Assembly (NCBI GenBank): GCA_043736095.1
Contig: JAYTDH010000230.1
Coordinates: 1 to 58,385, forward strand
Reading direction: 5' to 3'
From: Gemmatimonas sp.
Lineage (GTDB): Bacteria > Gemmatimonadota > Gemmatimonadetes > Gemmatimonadales > Gemmatimonadaceae
DNA: 58,385 nucleotides
Shown: positions 1-9,662 of the stretch, in pieces
How positions within the stretch are numbered: position 1 is the first letter of the stretch
How the letters are laid out: each line of letters starts with the position of its first letter
Notes under the pieces: model-generated
What the model was told of the DNA's origin: nothing
Seen by the model: the letters and a program-made list of their open reading frames with translations, nothing else
The model's database searches: none
Position numbers and translations under genes: made by a program

Positions 1-2018
1 GCGGCATCCATCTGCCCCACCGAACGCTCACTGCGCATCTCGGCGGCCGCCTTTGCCTGGTCGAAGCTGCTGGCGCCGGCACCCGAAGACATTGGAGGAC
101 TCGACGGCATCGCAACCGAGTTCGGCGAGTTGAGCAGGCGCTCCGGCTCTGCCCCACGCGTTCCCGTGGTCACCACTTGGCTCAAGGCGTCTCTCATTGG
201 GCGAATGCGCGGCTGCGCTGTCGCGACGTTTGCCATGCCGGGCTCCAGCACCAAGTACGAGGTGAGTTCGGTCGGAATGCCCCAACGCGTGCCGAGCGTG
301 CGAATCTCATCATCTACTTCGCTATTGGCTCCGGCGCGACGACGTTCCGCACTCAGCCAACCCACGCGTTGAGTGGCCCAGAGGCGCCCCACGAAGGCAT
401 CGGCTGTGCGACGCGCCGGAAAGCGCACCGTCGCGGTCCAGGTGACGGGCCCTTCTGGCGTGCGGCCCGTGACGATCAACCGCCCATTTTCCGCCGCGCC
501 GCGATACCGCGCGAGAATCGTCAACTCCTGCCCCGCGAAGAGATCAATCGTTCCCGCCGGCTGCACCGCGCTCAGCGTCACGCCCTCGGCGCGTACGCGG
601 ACATCAGTCGCCACCGGACGCGTCAGGCGCTGCGCCACCACACCCACCACGCGCTCCACATCTTCCTCCGGCCGCACGAAGTGAGCGGTACCAGCGCCAT
701 CGAGCGCGAGTCGCTCGATCAACGCGGCATTCACGTCGGCACCAATGCCGAAGGTGAAGAGACGCCGCGTCCCACGCAACTCACTGGCCCGCGCCGCGAG
801 CCGCACCGGATTGCGCTCACCCACCGTCGGCGCACCGTCGGTCATGAAGAGCACGAGGGCGAGACGGCCCGCCGGCGAGTCCGCCTCGAGTGCGCGCTCC
901 AGCGCCCCACCGATGTTCGTGCCACCTACGGCGCGGAGATCGTCGAGCCAGGCAAGCGCCGCGCGCTGTCCTGCCTCGGTCGCCACCGTCCAGCTCTCGC
1001 GGAACTCCGAAACGTCGCTCGAGAAGGCAATCAATCGAAAGCGATCCTCGCGCCCAAGCGACTGCACGAGCTGCCGCCCCGCGGCCTTCGCCTGTTCCAT
1101 CTTCACGCCGCTCATCGACCCCGACACATCAATCACGAAGGTCACATCGCGCGCCGTCGCTGCCTGCGGACGCGAGGGCGGAGCCAGCGTGATCAACGCA
1201 TAGCCGTCATCCACCGACGGCGCATGCGTGAGCACACTCAACGCCGCGCCGCGTGTCGAACGCACCGGCACGAGCAGTGTCACGGTGCCCACGGCATCGG
1301 TCACACGCGCCACGCGCGCCGCCCCACGCATACTCGTGCTCACCTGATGCGTCGGCGACCAGGTCTCGCCAAAGCCCTCACCCGCGGGCCACGAGAAGGT
1401 CAATCCCGTGCCACTCGAACTCGTCCCGTTCCCACGCGGCGCCGGCACATCCACGCGCAGCGCATCGCCCTCGCGTTCGGCAACCGCGCGGAACCGCACC
1501 TTCACCGTACGGGTCTCGCCGGGCTGGATCGGGAAGATCCGCGTGCGGAGCACGCCGAGCTCCATCCATTCCACGAGCGCGGGATCGCGCTGCCGGCGCA
1601 CGATTTCCTCATAGATGCGGCGCGCTTGCCCCGCACTCAGTGCCTCACCCGTCACCATCTCTCCGTCGATCTCAAGCGCGAGATCCTCGAAGGCCGCACC
1701 ACGGGGAAGCGGCAGCACGTAGTCCGCTTCGCCAATCGCGTTGCCGCGATTCGTCCACCGCTCGGTTACTTCATAGCGCAGCACGCGCCCCTCGAGCGTG
1801 ATCGTGACCTCGCGCGCAGTGCGCTCCACGCGCTCAGACATCACCACCGGTCGCAAACGCTCACAGGGTTGCGGCGGGCAAGGCGCCATCACGCACTGCA
1901 CTTGGCAGAGCCGCGGCTCAGACTGTTGCGCGCCCAACGGCGCGCGATGCGGCGCCAACGCGAGCAGCGCGACGAGAAAGAAGGTCGCAGGGACGGTCGA
2001 ACGGCGGTGCGTGTTCAC
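1..2018 (-). CDS. Secreted VIT + von Willebrand A domain protein (3' end runs off the window; absent from the ORF track)
   Basis: Spot translation of the minus strand from GTG at 2018 (AGGAG RBS upstream): signal-like MNTHRRSTVPATFFLVALLALAP, Cys-rich CQVQCVMAPCPPQPC, VIT motif ARRIYEEIVRRQRDPALVEW, vWA MIDAS motif RDVTFVIDVSGSM near 1110-1150. Confidence 0.88.
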   Translation of the reverse strand, partial: MNTHRRSTVPATFFLVALLALAPHRAPLGAQQSEPRLCQVQCVMAPCPPQPCERLRPVVMSERVERTAREVTITLEGRVLRYEVTERWTNRGNAIGEADYVLPLPRGAAFEDLALEIDGEMVTGEALSAGQARRIYEEIVRRQRDPALVEWMELGVLRTRIFPIQPGETRTVKVRFRAVAEREGDALRVDVPAPRGNGTSSSGTGLTFSWPAGEGFGETWSPTHQVSTSMRGAARVARVTDAVGTVTLLVPVRSTRGAALSVLTHAPSVDDGYALITLAPPSRPQAATARDVTFVIDVSGSMSGVKMEQAKAAGRQLVQSLGREDRFRLIAFSSDVSEFRESWTVATEAGQRAALAWLDDLRAVGGTNIGGALERALEADSPAGRLALVLFMTDGAPTVGERNPVRLAARASELRGTRRLFTFGIGADVNAALIERLALDGAGTAHFVRPEEDVERVVGVVAQRLTRPVATDVRVRAEGVTLSAVQPAGTIDLFAGQELTILARYRGAAENGRLIVTGRTPEGPVTWTATVRFPARRTADAFVGRLWATQRVGWLSAERRRAGANSEVDDEIRTLGTRWGIPTELTSYLVLEPGMANVATAQPRIRPMRDALSQVVTTGTRGAEPERLLNSPNSVAMPSSPPMSSGAGASSFDQAKAAAEMRSERSVGQMDA

Positions 2019-2111
2019 GGAATCTCCTGGTCGGGTTCACACAGGGGACGTCCGCCGCCCAAAAACTTGCACACCACCCGTCGCGCCCGCCGAGTCGTGG
2101 TGCTTCGCGTC

Positions 2112-3014
2112 CTACTCCGCGCCTTCCTCCGCGCCTTCCTCCGCGCCTTCCTCGACCACGGGGAGGATCCGCGTGGGCGTCCGCTCAATCACCCGCACAG
2201 CCAGCAGATTCTGGTCTGCCCGATTCATCGTGCTCATCAGACTCTCGCGCGGCTCACGCAACGCCCAGCCGAGACTGAACGGGACCGGTGCCGTGCGCAA
2301 CGCGGCCTGCTGCATGCGCTCGACCACCATCCGCACCTGTGCCTCCGGCGCACCACGGAGAATCACCACGAACTCGTCTCCACCCACGCGCACCACGGGT
2401 TCTTCGGCGCGCACCTGACGCATCAGGAAGCGGCTCATACGGATCAGCGTGTTGTCGCCCATCTGATGGCCGTACGAATCGTTGTACTGCTTGAAGTGGT
2501 CGATGTCGATAAACAAACATCCCCACGGCTCATCACTCGGACTCAGGAGCTCATCGAGATCGGCAAGATGTCGGCGATTAAAGCACCCGGTGAGCGGGTC
2601 GCGCACTGTGCGCTGCCTCAGCTCGTCCTCAATCACTTTGCGGTGCGTGATGTCCACGAGGATGCCGTGATAGATCGTCTCGTTCGCGGCGGCGTCGTGC
2701 ACCGAGTACACCGTGTCAAGCACGGTGAGCATCACCCCATCTGGGCGGACGATCTGCAACTCAAAGTCCCGCACAAAACCCTGGCGCTCGACCTGATCCA
2801 ACTCGGCCAATCGTCGCGACGGATCCACCACCATCTCGTTCGCGCCGTAGCTTCGCAGGTCCTCGATTGAGCGGACATTGAGCAGATCGAAAAACGCGGG
2901 ATTCGCATCCAGCACATCCCCGCGCGCGTTCGAGATGTAGATCGCCTCGCGCAGATTCGCGACGAGTGACCGGAGCGTTTCGGGATCCTGAAGCGAGCGG
3001 TGTCGTGAGGTCAC
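2112..3014 (-). CDS. PAS-GGDEF diguanylate cyclase
   Basis: PAS (ISNARGDVLDANPAF...DFELQIVRPDG), DPLTGCFNRR, FIDIDHFKQYND, intact RVGGDEF. Start placed at GTG 3014, overlapping the HD-GYP stop (track start 3041). Confidence 0.92.
   Translation of the reverse strand: MTSRHRSLQDPETLRSLVANLREAIYISNARGDVLDANPAFFDLLNVRSIEDLRSYGANEMVVDPSRRLAELDQVERQGFVRDFELQIVRPDGVMLTVLDTVYSVHDAAANETIYHGILVDITHRKVIEDELRQRTVRDPLTGCFNRRHLADLDELLSPSDEPWGCLFIDIDHFKQYNDSYGHQMGDNTLIRMSRFLMRQVRAEEPVVRVGGDEFVVILRGAPEAQVRMVVERMQQAALRTAPVPFSLGWALREPRESLMSTMNRADQNLLAVRVIERTPTRILPVVEEGAEEGAEEGAE
2115..2153. repeat. 12-bp tandem repeat (CTCCGCGCCTTC x3 + partial) encoding the acidic EEGA-repeat tail of the GGDEF protein
   Basis: Three exact copies at 2115, 2127 and 2139. 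Confidence 0.9.
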
Positions 3015-4162
3015 GAGAGCACCGCCGGGCGTTCTTCCCACTGACGCATCATCGTACAGAACGCCGTGGCGGTCTCCAGATCAAAGTCAGGGCCGGCCTG
3101 CTTCTCGATGTGCTGCAGCGTGCGATCCGCCGCCCACGCCTCACGATACGGCCGCTCCGTGCGGAGCGCGTCGTAGACGTCGCAGACGTGGACCAGCTTG
3201 CTCGCCTTGTGGACGCCGCGCTCGAAATGCCGTCGCGGGTACCCGTTGCCATCAATCATGATGTGATGCTCATAGGCCACCGCGGCCGCCAGATCCAAGT
3301 CGCGGTCACTCTCGTAGATGATCTTTGCCCCTTCCACCGGGTGTCGGCGCATGAGGGTCCACTCTTCATCGCTCAGCTTGCCCGGCTTGTTCAAGACATC
3401 CTTCGGAACGCGCACTTTCCCGAGGTCGTGCAAGAGCCCCGCCACACCGAACGCGCGCACATCCTTGGCGCCCATCCCCAACCACTCCGCGAGTCCCATC
3501 GTGAGCACCGACACATTGAGACTGTGCGTCGTGGTGTATTGGTCGAACTCCTTCATCTGGAGCAACGGCATCACGATCTGACGATCCCCGTGCATCGCGA
3601 GTGACAGTGAGCGCACCACTGACTCCGCTTCCAACAGCGGCAAACTGCCTCGCTCCTGCACTTCACGATGTAGCCACTGCACTGTCTCCGCCTCGTCCCC
3701 CAACGAATACGTCGCACGCGCCACTGGGACGACCGACTCCAACTTCGCGACTTCATCTCCGCCCTTCACACCGATCGCGCCGAACTTGATTGTCGAGCGC
3801 TTTTCCGGACTCCGCGTGCTACTGTCGATCGCCTGCAAGTTCAGACGCGCAATCACTTCATCAAGGAAGAGCTCGAACTCGTCCAGCGAGGTCCCCCGCT
3901 GAAACTCGAGTCGCTGTACTCCAGCGTTCGAGAGGCGAAGCCCCCAATCCCAATCGCCAAGTTCGCGCAACGCGAGCTCGCCGTGGACCACGTCCAGCCC
4001 GAGAAAACTGAACCGCGGACGCGGATCTGTCTCCTGCAATATCTGCAACCGTTCGAACGCCTGCGCCACTATCCGCTGGCGCGCCGGATGCCCCTCGCCG
4101 TACAGGGTCATCGTGGCAAGCGCTTGGGCAAACGCCGTCAGGAAACGTACTGCCTCGTTCAT
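3011..4162 (-). CDS. HD-GYP c-di-GMP phosphodiesterase with an uncharacterised N-terminal domain
   Basis: YTTTHSLNV, GLLHDLGK, LNKPGKL, HHIMIDGNGYP, CDVYDALRTERPYR; ATGA overlap with the upstream gene. Confidence 0.93.
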   Translation of the reverse strand: MNEAVRFLTAFAQALATMTLYGEGHPARQRIVAQAFERLQILQETDPRPRFSFLGLDVVHGELALRELGDWDWGLRLSNAGVQRLEFQRGTSLDEFELFLDEVIARLNLQAIDSSTRSPEKRSTIKFGAIGVKGGDEVAKLESVVPVARATYSLGDEAETVQWLHREVQERGSLPLLEAESVVRSLSLAMHGDRQIVMPLLQMKEFDQYTTTHSLNVSVLTMGLAEWLGMGAKDVRAFGVAGLLHDLGKVRVPKDVLNKPGKLSDEEWTLMRRHPVEGAKIIYESDRDLDLAAAVAYEHHIMIDGNGYPRRHFERGVHKASKLVHVCDVYDALRTERPYREAWAADRTLQHIEKQAGPDFDLETATAFCTMMRQWEERPAVLS

Positions 4163-6363
4163 GCGTCCTCGGCCGGCACCGCCGGCGTACTTCCTTGGGT
4201 GTCGGTCGGGCCCCCCGTCGGGGTCCCGACCGGAGTCCCGACCGGAGTCCCGACCGGGGTCCCGACTGGGCTCCCGAGCGTCCGCGCCAACGCGTCCGCG
4301 GCGGCCACAATCTCGACATCGGCGCTGGCCGCCGCCAACGCCAGCGGAACCCGCGAGGCCGGGTCTTCCCGCCAGTGCATCGCCAGCCCTTCCAGCGCGG
4401 CCAGCAGCTCCGGCGACTTCGCAACCAGCGACGACCGCTTCAGGACCTTCCCCATCCGCACGGTCCGCGCCGCCAGCCAGCTTGGCGTGTCCGCCACCCG
4501 CTGCGAGGCCAAGGCCCGAATTCCCAGCGCCCGGAGGTCCGCCGAGAGGGTCGAGTCATCGGCCCGCGCCCGCAACACAGTCGCCGCTTCTCGGGGGCAA
4601 TTCGCCATCGCCGCCCCCAACCCCAGCCGCACATTGCCGTCATCCGCATCGCCCAGCGCCCGCACAATCGCCGCGTCGCGTGTGGCCGCCGAACGCAGCT
4701 CCTGCCGCAACGCCTCGCGCCGGAGCGCGGCATCGGGATGCGACATCCATTGCGTCGGCGAGTACCCGCTTTCCCACCCCGGATTCTTGCCGAGGAGGGC
4801 TAACAATGGGCGCACCATTTTCCAGCGCATTCCGGGGATCCTCTCAAGGATCGCCCGTCCCGCCGGCGCGCCAATCGCGGACAACAGCTCCACCAGCGCC
4901 GTGAGCCGTCGGTCATCTGAGGTGTCGTCGATTGCCTCGAGAAGGGGTTCGGCCGCCGCCACTCCCATCCGCTTCGCCATCCGCTGCAACACCGCCACCG
5001 GCAGTGGCTCCGCCGCAAGCTGCGCCCGCAATCGCGCGGTCGTGGCGATATGACGCCAGAGCGTATCACGCATCCAGAGCGAGGGCGCGTTGTCCACGTA
5101 GTTGAGCAGCGGCGTGATATCCGGCCGCGCCGCGAGTTCGTCCACGGAGCGCCAAACCTGCTCGCCCAACGTGTCGATTTCTAATCCCATCGCCAGCAAA
5201 CGCTCGGGCTCAATCGGGAACGAGTGCTCCGAGAAGTGCGCAGTCGGCGTGTACGCTGACATTTTCTCGAGCGCGATCCGATACCCATCGGGATTCGGGT
5301 CCGCGTGCGTCCATCCATCAAGCAGCCGCACGACCTGATCGCGCAACGCACCGTCTGCCTGCGTGCGCGTGGTGGCGCTCGGACTTGTGTCGGCGTGCAC
5401 CGCGAGCTTGCTCAACATGCGCATCATGGAATGCGAGACGTTCTGCCCCGAAGATTCCGACGCCGCGCGCACCAACTCCACAACGGCGTCTACCGCCATC
5501 CCCTGCGAGGCGTTCAATACGAACTGGGTGCGCTGCCGGCCGTCGCCGCCCATCTCCATCAACCGCGTCAACGTCTGCGGCGAGAGTTGCCCAACGAGTT
5601 GCGACACGCGCTTCTGCAGCGCGAGCGCATCGCGCCCACTCTTGGTTTTCAGTTCCTCGGCAATCTGGAGGAGGTAGCCGACCACCACCTGATCGTACGC
5701 CTCATCGCGCTTGTGCTCCTCAATCGCCGCCGCCACACGGGTCGGATCCACCGCGGCGGGATCGTCGACATCGAGCTTGGTTGTCTCAGACACCAGTGCT
5801 GCGCGGGCGAGCCCCACCCAGAGTGTCGCCGCACGACTCCCCTGCGCACCGCGCAACGCATCATCGCCCCCTTCAACCGCCAGCGGATCTTCCTCAATTA
5901 GCTGGAGCTGGGCGAAGGTCAGCGGGAAGAGCCGAATATGGGGCCACTGCGTGAGCACTTCCGGCCCCTCAAGCCCAAGCGGGCGCGGGAGTCTCCCCGC
6001 ATCCACGGACACGGTCCGAAGCATGTCCGTCAGCTCATCCTCAGAGACTCCCTGCGAGAACTTCACGGCCCCGAGGTGATGCCGATGCAACCGCGTCGCG
6101 AGCTCGCGGAGCACCGGGTTGGCCTCGTTGGTCGCCACCCCCTCAATAATCAACTGATGCCGCGCCACGCCGAGCGAGAGTGAGAGGCGCTCTTTTAGGA
6201 GGCCGGACAGCCGCTCCCCAAGCTCCGTCGTGGTGTTCTCGAGGAGAGGGTGACCCTGCGGATAGATGGCGTTCTTGTGCAGCCCAATCGAAAACTCGAT
6301 TAGGAAATCCGAGAGTTCCCGCGAGAGCGCCGCGGATTCGCCGACCGTCGTAAGGCGTGCCAT
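4159..6363 (-). CDS. HEAT/ARM-like repeat protein, 734 aa
   Basis: Helical protein with C-terminal HEAT-like motifs (HPDAALRREALRQEL, ALGDADDGNVRLGL); first gene of a coupled operon. Confidence 0.75.
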   Translation of the reverse strand: MARLTTVGESAALSRELSDFLIEFSIGLHKNAIYPQGHPLLENTTTELGERLSGLLKERLSLSLGVARHQLIIEGVATNEANPVLRELATRLHRHHLGAVKFSQGVSEDELTDMLRTVSVDAGRLPRPLGLEGPEVLTQWPHIRLFPLTFAQLQLIEEDPLAVEGGDDALRGAQGSRAATLWVGLARAALVSETTKLDVDDPAAVDPTRVAAAIEEHKRDEAYDQVVVGYLLQIAEELKTKSGRDALALQKRVSQLVGQLSPQTLTRLMEMGGDGRQRTQFVLNASQGMAVDAVVELVRAASESSGQNVSHSMMRMLSKLAVHADTSPSATTRTQADGALRDQVVRLLDGWTHADPNPDGYRIALEKMSAYTPTAHFSEHSFPIEPERLLAMGLEIDTLGEQVWRSVDELAARPDITPLLNYVDNAPSLWMRDTLWRHIATTARLRAQLAAEPLPVAVLQRMAKRMGVAAAEPLLEAIDDTSDDRRLTALVELLSAIGAPAGRAILERIPGMRWKMVRPLLALLGKNPGWESGYSPTQWMSHPDAALRREALRQELRSAATRDAAIVRALGDADDGNVRLGLGAAMANCPREAATVLRARADDSTLSADLRALGIRALASQRVADTPSWLAARTVRMGKVLKRSSLVAKSPELLAALEGLAMHWREDPASRVPLALAAASADVEIVAAADALARTLGSPVGTPVGTPVGTPVGTPTGGPTDTQGSTPAVPAEDA
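4219..4278. repeat. 12-bp tandem repeat (CGGRGTCCCGAC x4 + 1 degenerate) encoding VGTP repeats near the HEAT protein C-terminus
   Basis: Copies at 4219, 4231, 4243, 4255; degenerate copy at 4267. Confidence 0.9.
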
Positions 6364-6498
6364 CGCCGGAATAATGCACAGCGCACAGGTCTCGGGCCAA
6401 TGTCGCGCGCCCTACCAATCGCATCCCGGTCCGGCCTCCGGTAACTTTAGGGCTCGCCGCTTCCAACCATCGCCTCCGCGCCTCTCTGAGTCTCTTCA

Positions 6499-8508
6499 GT
6501 GTCCCAGTCTGACACCGCCCTGCCGCAGCTCGCCATCAACACCGTCCGCACCCTGTCGATGGATGCGGTGCAAGCCGCCGAGTCGGGGCACCCCGGCACG
6601 CCGATGGCGCTCGCCCCACTCGCCTACGCCCTCTACACGCGCCACGTCCGACACAATCCCGCGGATCCGCGTTGGCCCGATCGTGATCGTGTTGTGCTCT
6701 CCGCTGGGCACGCGTCGATGCTCCTCTACTCGACCCTCTTCCTCGCTGGATACGACCTTCCGCTCGACGAGATCAAAAACTTCCGTCAGTGGGGGAGCCG
6801 TACCCCAGGGCATCCCGAGTTCGGCCACACCGCCGGCATCGAGACAACCACTGGCCCGCTCGGACAGGGTGTCGCCAACGCGATTGGCATGGCCGTCGCC
6901 GAAGCACATCTCGCCGCGCTGTTCAATCGCGATGGCCACGGCGTAATCGATCACACCACTTGGTTCATCGCCGGCGACGGCTGTCTCCAGGAAGGCATCT
7001 CGCACGAGGCCGCGTCGTTCGCTGGCCATCAAAAGCTCGGCAAGCTCATCGGGTTCTGGGACGACAATCGGATCACAATCGACGGCCGCACTGATCTCTC
7101 GTGCAGCGACGACGTCGCCAAGCGCTTCGAGAGTTACGGCTGGCAGGTCCTGCACATCACCGATGTGAACGATCAGTCGCAGATCGACGCCGCGATCCTC
7201 GAGGCCAAGGCCGATACCACGCGCCCCACCCTCGTCTGCACGCGCACCATCATCGGATTCGGCTCGCCCAATCGCGGCGACACAGCCAAAGCACACGGCG
7301 AGCCCCTCGGCAAAGACGAAATCGCGCTCACCAAGGCCGCCTATGGCTGGCCGAGCACCGAGCCCTTCCATGTCCCGACCCCCGCACTCCAGCACTGGCG
7401 CCTCTGTCTCGAGCGCGGCGTCAACATGCAGTCCGCTTGGATGAAGCGCTTCGCCGAGTACGCGAAGAGCTTCCCGAGCGAGGCCAAGGAGTTGGGGCGC
7501 CGCTGGCACGGCGATCTCCCCGCCGGATGGGAGAAGTCGTTGCCGCAATTCGATGCAAGCAACGGTAGCGTCGCCAGCCGCGCCGCGTCGGGCACCGTGC
7601 TCAATGCAATCGCCCCCGCGATCCCCGAGCTCATCGGTGGTTCGGCCGACCTCAGCGGCTCCAACCTCACGCACATCAAGGGGAGCGCGAACTATCAGCC
7701 GAACCAACGCGGTGGCCGCAACTTCCACTTTGGCATCCGCGAGCACGCGATGGGGTCGGTGATGAATGGCATGGCGCTGCACGGCGGCATTATCCCGTAC
7801 GGCGGCACCTTCCTCGTCTTCGCCGACTACATGCGCCCAGCCATCCGCCTGGCCGCACTGATGAAACAGCAGGTCATCTATGTGTTCACGCATGATTCCA
7901 TCGGACTCGGCGAGGACGGCCCGACGCATCAGCCTGTTGAACATCTCTCGTCGCTGCGCTGTATTCCAAACTTGATTGTGCTACGTCCCGGCGATTCCAC
8001 CGAGACCGCGGAGGCCTGGCGCACCGCCATCAAGCATCGCACGGGCCCCGTGGCCCTCGTGCTCACGCGCCAGAAGCTGCCCTTAATTGATCGCACGACG
8101 CACGGCAGCGCCGACGGAGTCGCCAAGGGTGCCTATGTGTTGAAGGACGCGGCCGATGGGCAAAAGCTCCACAGTGTGATCATCGCGACGGGGTCCGAGG
8201 TCGAGCTCGCGCTCAAGGCGCAGATTGCACTCGCCGCCGAGGGTATTCACACCCGTGTTGTCTCCATGCCCTCAATGGAGCTCTTCGCAATGCAGACGCC
8301 CGAGTATCAGGCCAGCGTGTTGCCCACCGGCGTCCGCCGCGTCGCCGTTGAGGCCGCGCACTCCATGAGCTGGCATCGGTGGGTCGGCCTCGACGGCGCG
8401 ATTGTCAGCATCGATGGCTTTGGCGCGTCGGCGCCGGCGCCCAAGTTGTTCCAGGAGTACGGCATCACCGCCGAAGCGGTCGCCGCTGCCGTGAAACATC
8501 GCGCCTAA
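6499..8508 (+). CDS. tkt: Transketolase
   Basis: SGHPGTPM, DRVVLSAGH, TTGPLGQG, GDGCLQEG (TPP motif), FGIREHAM, THDSIGLGEDGPTHQP. Confidence 0.98.
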   Translation: MSQSDTALPQLAINTVRTLSMDAVQAAESGHPGTPMALAPLAYALYTRHVRHNPADPRWPDRDRVVLSAGHASMLLYSTLFLAGYDLPLDEIKNFRQWGSRTPGHPEFGHTAGIETTTGPLGQGVANAIGMAVAEAHLAALFNRDGHGVIDHTTWFIAGDGCLQEGISHEAASFAGHQKLGKLIGFWDDNRITIDGRTDLSCSDDVAKRFESYGWQVLHITDVNDQSQIDAAILEAKADTTRPTLVCTRTIIGFGSPNRGDTAKAHGEPLGKDEIALTKAAYGWPSTEPFHVPTPALQHWRLCLERGVNMQSAWMKRFAEYAKSFPSEAKELGRRWHGDLPAGWEKSLPQFDASNGSVASRAASGTVLNAIAPAIPELIGGSADLSGSNLTHIKGSANYQPNQRGGRNFHFGIREHAMGSVMNGMALHGGIIPYGGTFLVFADYMRPAIRLAALMKQQVIYVFTHDSIGLGEDGPTHQPVEHLSSLRCIPNLIVLRPGDSTETAEAWRTAIKHRTGPVALVLTRQKLPLIDRTTHGSADGVAKGAYVLKDAADGQKLHSVIIATGSEVELALKAQIALAAEGIHTRVVSMPSMELFAMQTPEYQASVLPTGVRRVAVEAAHSMSWHRWVGLDGAIVSIDGFGASAPAPKLFQEYGITAEAVAAAVKHRA

Positions 8509-8515
8509 AGGCGCG

Positions 8516-9526
8516 GTGTCTCTCCTGCGCAGACTGACGCCGGGGCTCCTCCTTACGGGAGGGGTCGCCGGCGTTGCGTTTCTCGCAGCGCTGTTCGAAG
8601 CCAAGCTCTTCGGCAATGCCGTCGTCGATGGCCTCGTGCTCGCCATCTTGCTCGGCATCGCCGTGCGCACGGTGCTACGCGCGCCAGGAATGTTTGAGGA
8701 TGGCATCGATGTATGCGCGAAGCAGGTGCTCGAGGTCGCCGTGTTCCTCCTCGGTGCATCTGTCGATCTTTCCGCCCTGTTGCGCGCAGGACCAGCGTTG
8801 ATCGTGGGCATCGTCCTGCTGGTCGCCATCGCGCTCCCGCTCAGCTACGGCATCTCGCGTGCACTCGGGCTCCCGCATCCGCTCGCGCTCTTGATTGCGT
8901 GCGGGAACGCCATCTGCGGCAACTCCGCTATCGCCGCAGTCGCACCGGTGATTCACGCCGAACGCGCGCACATCGCTTCGGCGATCGCCTTCACGGCGGT
9001 GCTCGGAGTGGGCGCGGTACTCGGGCTCCCACTGCTCATCGGCCCGCTCGGACTCAGTGAACATCAATACGGCGTGCTCGTGGGACTCACGGTGTATGCC
9101 GTGCCGCAGGTGCTCGCCGCCGCGTTCCCGGTAGGAATCCTCGCGGGACAGATGGCGACCCTCGTAAAACTGGCCCGCGTGCTCTTGCTTGGCCCCGTGG
9201 TGCTCCTTGCCGCCGTGACACATCGTCGCGGATCGGACGACGATGCCCAGAAGCTCAGGCTCGCACAGATTGTCCCGTGGTTCATCGTGGGCTTCGTCGT
9301 GCTCGCGGCGCTCCGCACCGTGGGCGTGCTCCCCGAGTCGCTCGTGAGCGGTGCGCGGACGCTTTCGCACCTGCTCACCCTGCTCGCAATGGCCGCCCTC
9401 GGGCTCTCCGTGGAGATCAGTGCGATGCGCGCCGTGGGCGGACGCGTAGCAATCGCGTCGGCGCTCTCGTTGCTCGGACTGATCGGGGTGAGTCTCGCAC
9501 TGATTCGCGTGCTCGGCATCGTGTAG
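8516..9526 (+). CDS. YeiH/UPF0324 family membrane transporter (putative sulfate exporter)
   Basis: Multi-TM protein with GNAICGNSAIAAVAP, YAVPQVLAA, VKLARV and AMAALGL motifs. Confidence 0.88.
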   Translation: MSLLRRLTPGLLLTGGVAGVAFLAALFEAKLFGNAVVDGLVLAILLGIAVRTVLRAPGMFEDGIDVCAKQVLEVAVFLLGASVDLSALLRAGPALIVGIVLLVAIALPLSYGISRALGLPHPLALLIACGNAICGNSAIAAVAPVIHAERAHIASAIAFTAVLGVGAVLGLPLLIGPLGLSEHQYGVLVGLTVYAVPQVLAAAFPVGILAGQMATLVKLARVLLLGPVVLLAAVTHRRGSDDDAQKLRLAQIVPWFIVGFVVLAALRTVGVLPESLVSGARTLSHLLTLLAMAALGLSVEISAMRAVGGRVAIASALSLLGLIGVSLALIRVLGIV

Positions 9527-9662
9527 AGCGCAAGCGACTGCACGAGTCTCAGCACCTCACAGTCCCCACGCGTACCACTTCAGCCTCGGTTTGCCATCCC
9601 CCGCTCAGAGCGCGACATTCTCCCCCCTGCCTGAGCCCGTTCGCACCACTTCGGAGACCCGC

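Noticed and set aside
177-2870. 897-aa plus-strand ORF
   Set aside because: Arg/His-rich antisense shadow of the VIT-vWA and GGDEF genes, with no recognisable motifs; typical of high-GC DNA.
4219-4278. Short repeats as a possible CRISPR array
   Set aside because: Contiguous 12-mers without spacers, in frame within a CDS; no cas genes.
6496-7944. 482-aa ORF antisense to tkt, and the many similar overlapping ORFs in the track
   Set aside because: They mirror well-supported genes on the opposite strand and show no independent family signatures.
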